The notes beneath the pieces are model-generated. The model saw nothing but the letters and a program-made list of their open reading frames with translations. It was not told the DNA's origin and did not search any database. DNA of 64,000 nucleotides from Ignavibacteriota bacterium (GTDB lineage: Bacteria; Bacteroidota; Ignavibacteria; UBA10030; UBA6906): assembly GCA_963801355.1 (NCBI GenBank), contig CAWDEM010000004.1, positions 138,903 through 202,902 on the forward strand, read 5' to 3'. Below are positions 18,227 through 30,541 of this stretch, piece after piece. Position 1 is the stretch's first letter. Every line of letters starts with the position of its first letter. Position numbers and translations under genes: made by a program.

Positions 18227-20819
18227 CTTTTCCTTTTGCAGCTGCTTTCTTCTGTCCCTTCGGCCGGGCTGCTTTCCCCTTTTGCTCTTTGAAGAGATTG
18301 ATCTGATCCGCATTCTGCGGGGGAGCCGGTCCAGCCTCCTTCGCCGTACCGTTCTCCTGTGCCTTCTGCCCGTTCCCGTTTGCCGGTTCATCTTCATCAC
18401 GCGGAACGGCGGCCACATCGGCCACCTGATCACCCTGGTCGAGCCGGATCAACCGTACACCCTGGGTGTTCCGCCCGGCAATACGGATTGCGGATACGTG
18501 CTGCCGGATGATGACGCCATGCGTGGTCACAATCACCACGTCGTCTTTCTCCGTCACTTCTTTGATGGCGATCATGCGGCCGGTCTTGTCTGTTGTTTTG
18601 ACCGTAATGATGCCCTTCCCGCCCCGGTGGCTGATTCTGTAGTCCCCGGTATTGCTCCGCTTCCCGAACCCAAGCTCGGTGGCGATGAGGATGGTCGCAT
18701 CGCTGCCGCGCAGCACCACCCCACCCACAACACGATCACCCTTGTTCAGCCTGATGGCATGCACGCCGGATGCGGCGCGACCCATGGTCCGCACTTCCTG
18801 TTCCGCGAAACGGATCGCCATGCCCTCCGAGGTGCCGATGACAATGTCCCGTTTTGCATCGGTCAGATGGACATCAATCAACGAGTCTCCCTTCGACAAC
18901 CCGATGGCACCGATGCCGGTCTTCCGAGGGTTGCTGAACTCGCTCAGCGCGGTTTTCTTGATGTTCCCCTGTTCGGTCACCATCAGCACATTCAATGGTG
19001 CATCAAAGCTCTTGACCGTGACATATGCCATGATGGTTTCACCCGGTTCCTTCGACACCAGCGTGCCGATGGATTTGCCGCGCGCAGTTCGCCCGCCTTC
19101 CGGGATCTCAAACACCTTGAGCCAGTAGCAACGCCCCCGGTCGGTAAAGAGCAGGATATACTCGTGGGTCGACGCCACGAACATGGCTTCGATGAAATCA
19201 TCTTCGCGTGTCGTCGCACCCGTGCTTCCCCGTCCCCCGCGGGATTGCCGGCGGTAGCCGCTGACCGGGAAACGCTTTACGGAGCCGTTATGGCTGATCG
19301 TGATGACCACCTGCTCTTCGGCTATCATGTCTTCAATGCTGAATTCTTCAGCTTTGTAGACGATTTCCGTCCGCCGTTCGTCGCCGTACAGCTCTTTGAT
19401 TCTTTCCAGCTCCTCGCGGATGATCTGCAGCTGCAGCGGCTTGCTTTTGAGGATGGCTTTCAGACGTTCGATCAGTTTGATGGTCTCGCGATACTCATCT
19501 TCGATTTTCTTCCGTTCCAGACCGGTGAGCCGCTGCAGCCGCATATCCAGGATAGCCTTTGCCTGGATTTCCGACAGCTTGAATTTCTTCATCAGCCCTG
19601 TTCTGGCTGTATCCACATCCTTCGACGCCTTGATGAGTTTGATGATTGCGTCGATATTGTCCAGGGCAATGATGTACCCTTCCAGGAGGTGGGCGCGCTT
19701 TTCGGCTTCTTCAAGCTCATATTTGGACCGCCGGACGACAACTTCGTTCCGGTGCTGGATGAACAGACGTATAATCTCGCGCAGCGTGAGGACCTTCGGC
19801 CGTCCCTCCACAAGCGCCAGCATGATCACGCCGAACGTGGTCTGCATCTGCGTGTGCTTGAAGAGGTTATTGAGAATGACTTCCGCATTCGCATCACGGC
19901 GCAGGTCGATCACGATCCTCAGACCGTCACGGTCGGATTCATCGCGGATGTCCGCGATATCCTCGAGTTTCTTATCGTTCACCATATCGGCGATCTTCTC
20001 GATCAGGTTGGCCTTGTTCACCTGATACGGAATCTCCGTGACCACGATGCTTTGCCGATCGTTTTTGCCCGTCTCAATGCTCGCGCGCGCACGCACGACA
20101 ATCCTGCCGCGGCCCGTCGTGTACGCCTCCCGCACACCTTCGTACCCGTAGATAATCCCGCCGGTCGGGAAGTCCGGTGCCTTCACGATCCGCATCAACT
20201 TCTCGTTGTCCAGGTTCTCATCCTTGATCAGCGCGATGCAGCCGTCCACCACCTCGGTAAGATTGTGCGGCGGAATATTCGTGGCCATGCCCACCGCAAT
20301 CCCGCTTGTGCCGTTCACGAGAAGATTGGGGACCATCGCGGGAAGAACGGAAGGCTCTTTCAGTGTATCGTCAAAGTTCGGCGTAAAATCGACTGTATTC
20401 TTGTCGAGATCCTTCAACATCTCTTCAGCGATGCGGGCCAGGCGTGCTTCCGTGTATCGCATCGCCGCCGCCGAATCGCCGTCGATCGAACCGAAGTTCC
20501 CCTGGCCGTCCACCAACGGGTAGCGCATCGAGAAATCCTGCGCCATGCGGACCATGGTGTCGTACACCGCGGAATCGCCGTGGGGATGGTACTTGCCAAG
20601 GACTTCACCGACGATGCGCGCCGACTTCTTGTACGCCCGGTTGGCGGCGAGCCCCAGGTCCTGCATCCCGAACAGCACGCGCCGGTGCACGGGCTTGAGC
20701 CCGTCACGGACGTCCGGGAGTGCACGCGCGACGATGACGGACATCGAGTAGTCGATGTACGACCCACGCATTTCATCTTCGATATCAACGGGAATGACTT
20801 TTTCGGTCAGTGTTGCCAT
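18213..20819 (-). CDS. gyrA: DNA gyrase subunit A, with a lysine-rich C-terminal tail
   Basis: 868 aa; N-terminus [47 protein letters not shown]; tail ...[22 protein letters not shown]. Confidence 0.95.
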   Translation of the reverse strand: MATLTEKVIPVDIEDEMRGSYIDYSMSVIVARALPDVRDGLKPVHRRVLFGMQDLGLAANRAYKKSARIVGEVLGKYHPHGDSAVYDTMVRMAQDFSMRYPLVDGQGNFGSIDGDSAAAMRYTEARLARIAEEMLKDLDKNTVDFTPNFDDTLKEPSVLPAMVPNLLVNGTSGIAVGMATNIPPHNLTEVVDGCIALIKDENLDNEKLMRIVKAPDFPTGGIIYGYEGVREAYTTGRGRIVVRARASIETGKNDRQSIVVTEIPYQVNKANLIEKIADMVNDKKLEDIADIRDESDRDGLRIVIDLRRDANAEVILNNLFKHTQMQTTFGVIMLALVEGRPKVLTLREIIRLFIQHRNEVVVRRSKYELEEAEKRAHLLEGYIIALDNIDAIIKLIKASKDVDTARTGLMKKFKLSEIQAKAILDMRLQRLTGLERKKIEDEYRETIKLIERLKAILKSKPLQLQIIREELERIKELYGDERRTEIVYKAEEFSIEDMIAEEQVVITISHNGSVKRFPVSGYRRQSRGGRGSTGATTREDDFIEAMFVASTHEYILLFTDRGRCYWLKVFEIPEGGRTARGKSIGTLVSKEPGETIMAYVTVKSFDAPLNVLMVTEQGNIKKTALSEFSNPRKTGIGAIGLSKGDSLIDVHLTDAKRDIVIGTSEGMAIRFAEQEVRTMGRAASGVHAIRLNKGDRVVGGVVLRGSDATILIATELGFGKRSNTGDYRISHRGGKGIITVKTTDKTGRMIAIKEVTEKDDVVIVTTHGVIIRQHVSAIRIAGRNTQGVRLIRLDQGDQVADVAAVPRDEDEPANGNGQKAQENGTAKEAGPAPPQNADQINLFKEQKGKAARPKGQKKAAAKGKGKKR

Positions 20820-20839
20820 GCGTTTTTTCTCGCGCCGAT

Positions 20840-22936
<2,097 letters not shown>

Positions 22937-23209
22937 CTACCGGAAACGGATATCCCGAATCACGTCCGATCCCGCTGCCGCGTTCAACTTGTGTATGATC
23001 TCAAGACGCTTGAGTGTCAGTTCCGCCCGCCAGGGGGCGGTCTTCACACTCACAAACAACACCCCGTTGTCGATGCGTTGCGGCTCGGTCACCCTTGCGA
23101 TCTGCTCCCCGACAATCTCCGCCCATCCGGCAAGTACCCGGTACCGGCGCAGCGTTCCGTCAATCCCCAACGCTGCCACCAATTCTTCGATCGCGCTGCC
23201 GATATGCAC
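22937..23209 (-). CDS. DUF721-family small protein (conserved recF-gyrB intergenic gene); start uncertain (GTG at 23207-23209, or the longer ORF to 23326 that overlaps recF)
   Basis: Position between recF and gyrB; about 90-aa product ...IVGEQIARVTEPQRIDNGVLFVSVKTAPWRAELTL... Confidence 0.6.
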   Translation of the reverse strand: MHIGSAIEELVAALGIDGTLRRYRVLAGWAEIVGEQIARVTEPQRIDNGVLFVSVKTAPWRAELTLKRLEIIHKLNAAAGSDVIRDIRFR

Positions 23210-23234
23210 GGGCTGGTGCTTTTTCCCTTTCGTT

Positions 23235-24371
23235 TCAGAACGGCGCTTCACGGCACCTCCCGCCCTCAACGATGATTCTCCGGTGCTCACTCGTCCACCG
23301 CATCCCCTGCCCGATGAGGGATTCATCCGTCGCTGTCATGATGCTCTGCCCCTTCGTCTGCAGACGCTGCATGACACATGCCGCACGCTGACGGTCAAGT
23401 TCTGCGAAGAGGTCGTCCAGCAGGAGCATCGGCGTTTCACCGCAGCGTACGGTGACGTATTCATACTCGGCAAGCTTCAGCGCGATCAACAGTGTCTTGT
23501 GCTCGCCCTGTGACGCATACTGCTCCGACGCGAGCCCGTCGATGGTAAACGCAAGGTCATCGCGGTGCGGGCCTACCAGTGTTGCACCCCGCCGCCGCTC
23601 CTCTGCACTCCGTCTCTCCAGCGCCCGGCCGAAGTGCTCCGCAATCGTCTCCACCGTCGACTGCGCATCCACGCCTCCGACCGTCATATAGCGTACGGCA
23701 GCACTCACACCCGCTCCTGCGAGGAAGTTGTATGCCGCACCAAATTCCTCCCGGAGCGCATCAATACATACGGCGCGTTTGTGTATAAGGCGGCTGCCAA
23801 GCCGGACCAGCTCATCATTCCAGGCCGGCAATTCTCCCGCCGGGGATGCACCGTTCAACCGCGCATCCAGCAGCAATTTGTTGCGCTGGCGCAGAACTCT
23901 GCGGTACTCGACAATGTCCGCAAAATACGTACGGCTTGTCTGACACAATACCAGGTCCAGAAACTTCCGGCGCTCCGCCGGGCTGCCGGTAATAATGCCG
24001 GCCTGCTCCGGAGAAAGAATGACCGCCGGAAACATGCCGATCAGAGCCGACATCCGGTCCAGCGCGCTTCCGTTCACCTGAACGCTCTTCTCACCCGACA
24101 GCGCGTCCACACTGATCCGTACGTTGGACGCTCTGCCGGCGGCATCGGCCATCGCCGCGTGTACCTCCATAAGGGTGCGTCCCAGCATTACCACCTGGAG
24201 GTCGCTTGCGGCATAAAAACTCTTGCTCAGGCTGAGATACGAGACAGCCTCAAGAACGTTGGTCTTTCCCTGCCCGTTGTTGCCGAGCAACAGGGTTATT
24301 CCCGGGCCAAACTGCAGATGTGAGTCGGCGTGATTGCGAAATGCTGAAAGATGCAACGACCGAACCTGCAT
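23235..24371 (-). CDS. recF: DNA replication/repair protein RecF
   Basis: Walker A GNNGQGKTNVLEA; C-terminal signature/D-loop LLDDLFAELD. Confidence 0.9.
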   Translation of the reverse strand: MQVRSLHLSAFRNHADSHLQFGPGITLLLGNNGQGKTNVLEAVSYLSLSKSFYAASDLQVVMLGRTLMEVHAAMADAAGRASNVRISVDALSGEKSVQVNGSALDRMSALIGMFPAVILSPEQAGIITGSPAERRKFLDLVLCQTSRTYFADIVEYRRVLRQRNKLLLDARLNGASPAGELPAWNDELVRLGSRLIHKRAVCIDALREEFGAAYNFLAGAGVSAAVRYMTVGGVDAQSTVETIAEHFGRALERRSAEERRRGATLVGPHRDDLAFTIDGLASEQYASQGEHKTLLIALKLAEYEYVTVRCGETPMLLLDDLFAELDRQRAACVMQRLQTKGQSIMTATDESLIGQGMRWTSEHRRIIVEGGRCREAPF

Positions 24372-24476
24372 CTGCCTCCCTGCTTATAATACGGCAGCCC
24401 CGCTTGTGACGGGGCTTCCGAAATGTTTTCGCGTAACCCGACGCGGGTGCACACTCCACACTGACACGCGTACCGC

Positions 24477-25592
24477 CTACGTGTTCAACCGCACCGGCAT
24501 AATCAACATGACTGTTGATTCATGCTGCAGCTCCTCAGCCGGAACGATGATCCCGGCGCGCGTTGACGTGCTGAATTTCAGTATGACCCGGTCCGTATCA
24601 AGATGCGTCAGGATGTCGCCCAGATATATTGCATTGAATCCTATCTCCATCCTCTCCCCGTCATATTCACACGGCAACGTTTCCGTCGCCTCTCCACCGA
24701 AATCCACATCCTGTGCGCTGAGTTTCAAGCTGTTCGTGTCGAGTTCAAGCTTTATCTGATGTGTTGTCGCACTGGCATATAGCGATACCCGGCGGATCGA
24801 TGCAATCGCCTGATCCCGGTTCACCGTTGCCAGTTTGGTGTTGTCCTGCGGAATCACACTTTCATAATTTGGATAGGTTTCCTCAATGATACGGGAAATC
24901 AATACCGAATGATTATAGGCAAATCTGGCATGCGTGTCACTGATGCTCACCGTACACGTACCGGATTCAAGCGCCTTCGCCAGAATGCCCATTGCCTTAG
25001 ACGGAATGATAACATCCTTGCTCAGACGCGCAGGTGAATCCGTGCGATAGCTCGCACGCGACAGCCGGTGACCGTCGGTGGCAACCGCTCGAATTTCCGT
25101 TCCGCTGGCCTGAAGAAGTATTCCCATCATCGCCGGGCGGAGTTCATCGGTACTCACTGCAAACGATGTGCGATACACCAATTTCTTAATGGCGCTGCTC
25201 TCAATAACAAATTCACTACTCCCCTTGAACGGCGGTATCTGGGGATATTCCTTCGCCGGTTCACCGGTAAGAGCATATTCCCCGGTCGGCGTTGTTATGC
25301 GTATTTTGCTCGTCGTAGGATCAATTACAAACGTCACACCGGTATCCGGCAGCGATCTCATCGTATCAAGCAGTCTCTTCGCCGGAATGGCTACAATTCC
25401 ATCTTCACTACCGCTCACATCAATTCCAATAGTGGAACTTACCACCAGATCCGTGGCCGTAACATTCAGAGTATTGTTCACCAATTCAAATAACAGTGTT
25501 TCAAGAATGGGCATTGTCGATTTGGAAGGAATAACACCCGCGAGTTTGGAGAGAATACGCTGGAGGTCCGAGGTACTGACCGTAAATTTCAT
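24477..25592 (-). CDS. dnaN: DNA polymerase III beta sliding clamp
   Basis: 371 aa, three-domain clamp; N-terminus MKFTVSTSDLQRIL. Confidence 0.9.
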   Translation of the reverse strand: MKFTVSTSDLQRILSKLAGVIPSKSTMPILETLLFELVNNTLNVTATDLVVSSTIGIDVSGSEDGIVAIPAKRLLDTMRSLPDTGVTFVIDPTTSKIRITTPTGEYALTGEPAKEYPQIPPFKGSSEFVIESSAIKKLVYRTSFAVSTDELRPAMMGILLQASGTEIRAVATDGHRLSRASYRTDSPARLSKDVIIPSKAMGILAKALESGTCTVSISDTHARFAYNHSVLISRIIEETYPNYESVIPQDNTKLATVNRDQAIASIRRVSLYASATTHQIKLELDTNSLKLSAQDVDFGGEATETLPCEYDGERMEIGFNAIYLGDILTHLDTDRVILKFSTSTRAGIIVPAEELQHESTVMLIMPVRLNT

Positions 25593-25620
25593 CGTGATCT
25601 CCCTGGAGGCAAAAATGAGG

Positions 25621-25860
25621 GGATAAACATGTCAGTGAAATCAAGGAAATATACGGAAAAGCTATATAATATTCCAGTTTTTAAAGAAAAGAAGAAAAGA
25701 TAAGAGTAGTAATAGTAGTGTGCAAAGGTTGATAAAACGAAAAGTGGAATGATGAACAGGCGCGAGTATGTAGTAACCGGCATACAGCTCATAAGGTGCT
25801 TGAGAACGAGAGTGTGAACAAGCGAGGAGTTGCCAACAGCTGTGTGGATAAAGAAAAAGA
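25621..25860. other. dnaA-dnaN spacer: strongly AT-rich tract (about 25621-25760) plus DnaA box TGTGGATAA at 25843-25851; candidate DNA-unwinding element half of a bipartite oriC
   Basis: Base composition contrasts sharply with the high-GC surroundings; box read directly. Confidence 0.55.
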
Positions 25861-25951
25861 GATAGGCAAAAGAGTGTTGTTATGAACAGTGAACTGACAC
25901 ATTATCACCGCAATCAAGAGCACAGCACACATATTGAGAACATGCAGAGCA

Positions 25952-27451
25952 TCATACGTGGCCAAGCATCTGGAGACGGCGTTTGATCTGTTGTACATGG
26001 GTCTGATACTTGGTATCCACCCGCATCTGATCTTCTACAGATTGATAGGCGTGGATAACCGTACTATGATCGCGCCCGCCAAAATGCATGCCGATGGTCT
26101 TGAGAGAAGCGTTGGTGAGTTCTTTGATCAAATACATGGCAATCTGGCGCGCGTTGACGATCTCCTGCTTTCTCGTCTTGGCACGCAGAAGATCATCGGG
26201 AATGCTGAAGTATTCACAGACTGTTTTCTGTATCGTTTCAATGGTAATCGGCGAACGCACATCGCCGATCACTACTTTCAGCACGTCACGGGCGAGATCC
26301 AGGTTGATTTCGCGGCCCTCAAGTGATGACCGGGCCAGGAGGCTGATAAGACATCCTTCCAGCTCGCGGATGTTGGAGGTAACGTTGCCGGCAATGAACT
26401 CCACGACGTCTTGCGGAAGCTCAATTCCGTCATCCACGCTCTTCTTTAACAAGATGGCGATGCGGGTCTCAAGATCCGGGGGTTGGATGTCTGACGTCAA
26501 TCCCCATTGAAAACGGGAAAGTAAACGGTCGTCCAGACCCTTAAGGTCTTTGGGAGGCCGGTCGGAAGACAGGACGATCTGTTTGCCGAGCTGGTGGAGC
26601 TCATTGAACGTATGGAAGAAGCTGTCCTGCGTCTTCTCCTTTCCGGAGAGAAACTGAATGTCGTCTACGATAAGGACATCCATACTCCGGTAGAAATTTG
26701 AAAAATCGTTTGTCCGGTTGCTCTGAATGGCATCCACAAAGTCCACGGTGAACTTCTCGCTGGAGACATACATCACCCGCCGTGCTTTGCCGTGAGCAAG
26801 CACATGATTGCCGATGGCTTGAATAAGGTGGGTTTTGCCAAGACCTGTTCCACCGTAGATAACGAGGGGATTGAAGGATGTTCCCCCGGGGTTATTTGCC
26901 ACCGCCGAAGCGGCTGCACGGGCCAGCTGGTTACTATCGCCCTTGATATAGTTATCGAACGTGTAACGCGGGTTGAGGAAACTCTGGAAATTCATCGTGA
27001 CGGGTTCGGTACGCAGCGACAGGGGCTCCGGCGGACGCAACGGCGTCGTTGATTGAAAGCGCGATTGAAGAGCCGGGCTGGAAGGGCGCACCGGAAGCAC
27101 GGGCGGCACATATTCAAGGTCCTGCGGCGATTCCTCTGTCCGTATGGAGTATTCCAGGCGGGCGTTCTTCCCGAGGACATCAGTGATCGTGCTGTTAATA
27201 ATGGTACAGTAGTGCTCATCCAGCCAATCGTAGAAAAACTGGCTGGGCACCTGTACTCTCAACGCGCCGCTGTCCAGTTCCTGAGGAACGATCGGCTCGA
27301 ACCAGGTCTTGAAGCTCTGTGAATTGACCCGTTCTCTGATCTGATCCATGCATGCCGTCCAGACTCGTTCGGCCTGCTCCTTGGATGATGGCTGCGGAAC
27401 CTGGCTCGCGCTGTTAGTGATATTCAAAGCGGAAGTTGGCGAGTTATCCAT
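25952..27451 (-). CDS. dnaA: Chromosomal replication initiator DnaA
   Basis: AAA+ core GGTGLGKTHLIQAIGN; C-terminal DnaA-box-binding HTH. Confidence 0.95.
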   Translation of the reverse strand: MDNSPTSALNITNSASQVPQPSSKEQAERVWTACMDQIRERVNSQSFKTWFEPIVPQELDSGALRVQVPSQFFYDWLDEHYCTIINSTITDVLGKNARLEYSIRTEESPQDLEYVPPVLPVRPSSPALQSRFQSTTPLRPPEPLSLRTEPVTMNFQSFLNPRYTFDNYIKGDSNQLARAAASAVANNPGGTSFNPLVIYGGTGLGKTHLIQAIGNHVLAHGKARRVMYVSSEKFTVDFVDAIQSNRTNDFSNFYRSMDVLIVDDIQFLSGKEKTQDSFFHTFNELHQLGKQIVLSSDRPPKDLKGLDDRLLSRFQWGLTSDIQPPDLETRIAILLKKSVDDGIELPQDVVEFIAGNVTSNIRELEGCLISLLARSSLEGREINLDLARDVLKVVIGDVRSPITIETIQKTVCEYFSIPDDLLRAKTRKQEIVNARQIAMYLIKELTNASLKTIGMHFGGRDHSTVIHAYQSVEDQMRVDTKYQTHVQQIKRRLQMLGHV

Positions 27452-27590
27452 AGCAGATCTTCAGATATTCACAATTTTATCCACACACGTGTGTGCAAGT
27501 ATCTTCAACATCAGGATGTCCAGGAGTTATCCACATATTCACTTATCCACACTGCTCCATAACAGCAATATTATGAATTGGTTATGGATA
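27444..27590. promoter_or_regulatory. DnaA-box cluster upstream of dnaA (oriC / dnaA promoter region): TTATCCACA at 27477-27485, 27527-27535 and 27543-27551; weaker boxes at 27444-27452 and 27582-27590; 14-bp palindrome CACACACGTGTGTG at 27483-27496
   Basis: Three perfect consensus 9-mers in 75 bp, read directly. Confidence 0.75.
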
Positions 27591-27848
27591 TTTGTTACGG
27601 AGGAGTGTGATGGATGTCAATAAGGCGGATGCGGAAGGGGGAAGCGCCGGTCTAGGAGACTGACAATTCACATGTTATCAACATGTTTTCCCTGCCGCGT
27701 CCATATATCAAAATAAGGTTTCCAGGGGGGGAGCGCAAGGACTTTCTATGCAATGGTGCGTTCTTTACGATTGTAAGTCTGGCCTGTTATTCTTATCTTG
27801 ACATACTTTGTTGGTCTCCAGGAATGTTGAGAGAAGTGAGGGAAGAAT

Positions 27849-27995
27849 ATGAAGAGGACGTTTCAGCCTCATATCCGGAAACGAAAGAACACGCACGGTT
27901 TCCGTGCCCGCATGGCGACAAAAACCGGGCGTCAGGTAATTGCCCGGAGGCGGGCCAGAGGGCGCAAGAAACTCACGGTCAGCGACGAACGGTAG
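27849..27995 (+). CDS. rpmH: 50S ribosomal protein L34 (not in the ORF track because it is under 60 aa)
   Basis: Manual translation: [48 protein letters not shown]. Confidence 0.9.
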   Translation: MKRTFQPHIRKRKNTHGFRARMATKTGRQVIARRRARGRKKLTVSDER

Positions 27996-28388
27996 GTGAA
28001 GCCGGTCGAACCGCTCCGGGGCCACGCTGCATTCGACCGTGTTTTTGATGGCGGCCGGAAAATCGGTGGCGCGTTAACGGTGTGCGTGTATCTCGTTGAT
28101 CGCGCGGGAAAGGCCGCCCTTCGTGTCGGATTCGCGGTTTCGAGCAGGCAGTTCAATGCTGTGCGGAGAAACCGTGTGCGGCGGTTGATGCGCGAGGCCG
28201 TTCGTCATGAGTGTACGCCACTGTACGCGGCACTGACACAGCTCCGCGTCTCCGCAGATCTTGTGGTGGTTTTCCGTCCGCGACCGAACCTTGATGTGCA
28301 CCGTCTTACCCTTGCGCCGTTCCGCTCGGACATTGCCGATGTGTTCGGCCGGCTCGCCGAACGGCTCCTGGAGCCTGCACATGCGTAA
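27996..28388 (+). CDS. rnpA: Ribonuclease P protein component
   Basis: Basic about-130-aa protein immediately after rpmH; RnpA-like FAVSSRQFNAVRRNRVRRLMREA. Confidence 0.85.
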   Translation: MKPVEPLRGHAAFDRVFDGGRKIGGALTVCVYLVDRAGKAALRVGFAVSSRQFNAVRRNRVRRLMREAVRHECTPLYAALTQLRVSADLVVVFRPRPNLDVHRLTLAPFRSDIADVFGRLAERLLEPAHA

Positions 28389-28590
28389 CGCCGTCATCCT
28401 CCTCATTCGTGCTTACCAGCTGGCGCTTGCACCGCTGTTGCCAGCCAATACATGCCGCTACTCTCCGACCTGCTCCCAATACGCCATCGATGCCGTGCAA
28501 AAGTACGGCGTGACCCGTGGCGGATGGCGGGCCATCAAGAGAATCGGCAGATGTCATCCGTTTCATCCGGGCGGATACGACCCCGCCTGA
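28381..28590 (+). CDS. yidD: Membrane protein insertion efficiency factor YidD
   Basis: MRNAVILLIRAYQLALAPLLPANTCRYSPTCSQYAIDAV... canonical YidD; start set at the internal ATG. Confidence 0.8.
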   Translation: MRNAVILLIRAYQLALAPLLPANTCRYSPTCSQYAIDAVQKYGVTRGGWRAIKRIGRCHPFHPGGYDPA

Positions 28591-28616
28591 TTGTTGTTCT
28601 GCGCTAAGGGCACCCC

Positions 28617-30416
28617 ATGGATAAGCAATCGACATTTGGCTTCATACTCATCGGCATCATCCTTCTGGGATGGATGTGGCTGCAATCGCCACCCCCACCC
28701 CCCTCCCCTGCCATCACCGATACGCTGTCTGTTCAGGGGAAAGCCCCCGTGGATACGGTGCGTCATGCCCCGGCACCTGCGGCCGTTGAGCCACGCAAGC
28801 CCTCCGGGTCGGATGTACTGGAACTGGGGAGCGCCTTCACCGGCAGAGAAAAGGGTGTTGAGAAGACCGTCACAATCGTGACAGAACTCTACACGGCGCA
28901 GCTCACGACACGCGGCGGCCTCCTCAAAACCTGGGAACTCCACAAGTACAAGAGCTGGGATGGGTATCCCGTACAGCTCCTGCAGGCCGAATCGGGTGGG
29001 GATATCAGCGTGCTGTTCACGTCGCGTGACGGACGGTTGATCAATACACACGGATTATTCTTCGATGTTGATGGGCCGTTTACCGACCGCATTACACTGA
29101 CCGGGAGCGATTCCTGTATGGTGGCATTGGCTCTTCGCGCCAACGACGGAGGGCGTATCGTGAAACGCTTCACGTTTCACGGCAATGACTATGCGTTCGG
29201 ACTGAAACTGGATTTCGAACGGATGGATTCGGTCATCTCGAATTTTGAGTACCAGGTCGTGTGGGAGAACGGCATCCGGTATGCAGAAGAGAACAGCGTG
29301 GACGAATCCAGCTTTGCCATGGCGTATGCCTATTCCGGCGGAGAGCTGACTGAAGTCGATGCATCCAGCGTCGGAGAGAATGTGCAGCGCGACATTACGG
29401 GCGCCGCCGATTGGGTTGCGCAGCGGAACAAATATTTCATCGCGGCAATGTTGCCGCGGGGCACGAAAAGTGAAGGAGCGTATCTGGAGGGTGTTGCGCT
29501 TGGCATGCCGAATAGTGGTGTGCTGGAGCAATACGGGATGGCGTTGAAAATGCCGTTTCGCGGCCGCGCGAGCGAAAGCGCCAGCCTGGATGTCTACATC
29601 GGACCGCTCGAATACGATCGGATGAAAGCATTCGGACTCGGCCTCGAGACAACCATGAACCTCGGTGCCGCGTGGATCATCCGTCCGATCTCTGAATATG
29701 TGATGATACCGCTGTTCAAGTTCCTGCGCTGGTTCATCCCGAACTATGGGGTGGTCATCATCGTGTTTTCTCTGATCATCAAAATCGCACTGCACCCGCT
29801 GACAAAGACCAGCATGCGGTCAATGCGCAAGATGCAGAAGCTGGCGCCCATGATTGAGGAGATCAAAGCAAAGTACAAGGACGACCAGCAGAAGCTGAGC
29901 CAGGCCACGATGAATCTGTACAAGGAGTACGGGGCCAACCCGGCGTCGGGTTGCCTGCCCATGTTGCTGCAGATGCCGATCCTGTTTGCACTGTACGCGG
30001 TCTTCCGGTCGTCGATTGAACTGCGTCAATCATCATTCGTCTGGTGGATCAAAGATCTCTCGATTCCGGATTACCTCATCCATCTGCCATTCAGCATTCC
30101 ACTCGTGGGCATCTCCGCGTTGAGCGGACTTGCACTCCTGATGACTGCAACGACGATCATCCAGCAAAAGCAGACAGTCACGGATCCGCGGCAGAAGGCA
30201 ATGGTCTGGATGATGCCGCTGATGATGTTGTTGATTTTCAACAGCCTGCCGTCCGGTTTGAATCTCTACTACTTTGTGTTCAACCTTCTGTCGATAGGGC
30301 AACAGATGCTCTTTAACCGGCAGCACAAGGATGAGCCGTTGCGGAAAGTCGATCCCAAGAAGTCACAAGGGGGGATCCTGAGCCGAATAGCGAAGGACCT
30401 GCCGAAAAGGAAGTAA
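28617..30416 (+). CDS. yidC: Membrane protein insertase YidC
   Basis: 599 aa; N-terminal TM, large periplasmic domain, conserved C-terminal 5-TM core. Confidence 0.9.
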   Translation: MDKQSTFGFILIGIILLGWMWLQSPPPPPSPAITDTLSVQGKAPVDTVRHAPAPAAVEPRKPSGSDVLELGSAFTGREKGVEKTVTIVTELYTAQLTTRGGLLKTWELHKYKSWDGYPVQLLQAESGGDISVLFTSRDGRLINTHGLFFDVDGPFTDRITLTGSDSCMVALALRANDGGRIVKRFTFHGNDYAFGLKLDFERMDSVISNFEYQVVWENGIRYAEENSVDESSFAMAYAYSGGELTEVDASSVGENVQRDITGAADWVAQRNKYFIAAMLPRGTKSEGAYLEGVALGMPNSGVLEQYGMALKMPFRGRASESASLDVYIGPLEYDRMKAFGLGLETTMNLGAAWIIRPISEYVMIPLFKFLRWFIPNYGVVIIVFSLIIKIALHPLTKTSMRSMRKMQKLAPMIEEIKAKYKDDQQKLSQATMNLYKEYGANPASGCLPMLLQMPILFALYAVFRSSIELRQSSFVWWIKDLSIPDYLIHLPFSIPLVGISALSGLALLMTATTIIQQKQTVTDPRQKAMVWMMPLMMLLIFNSLPSGLNLYYFVFNLLSIGQQMLFNRQHKDEPLRKVDPKKSQGGILSRIAKDLPKRK

Positions 30417-30541
30417 GCACGCCACTGCAGGTATGTATGCATATGCGAGCCCCGCCGGACACCGGCGGGGCTCGACTGTTTGCAGCATTGCGCCTCGATG
30501 CTGAAATTCGTAGAATATTTGCTGTCAACGTGCGTGGATAC

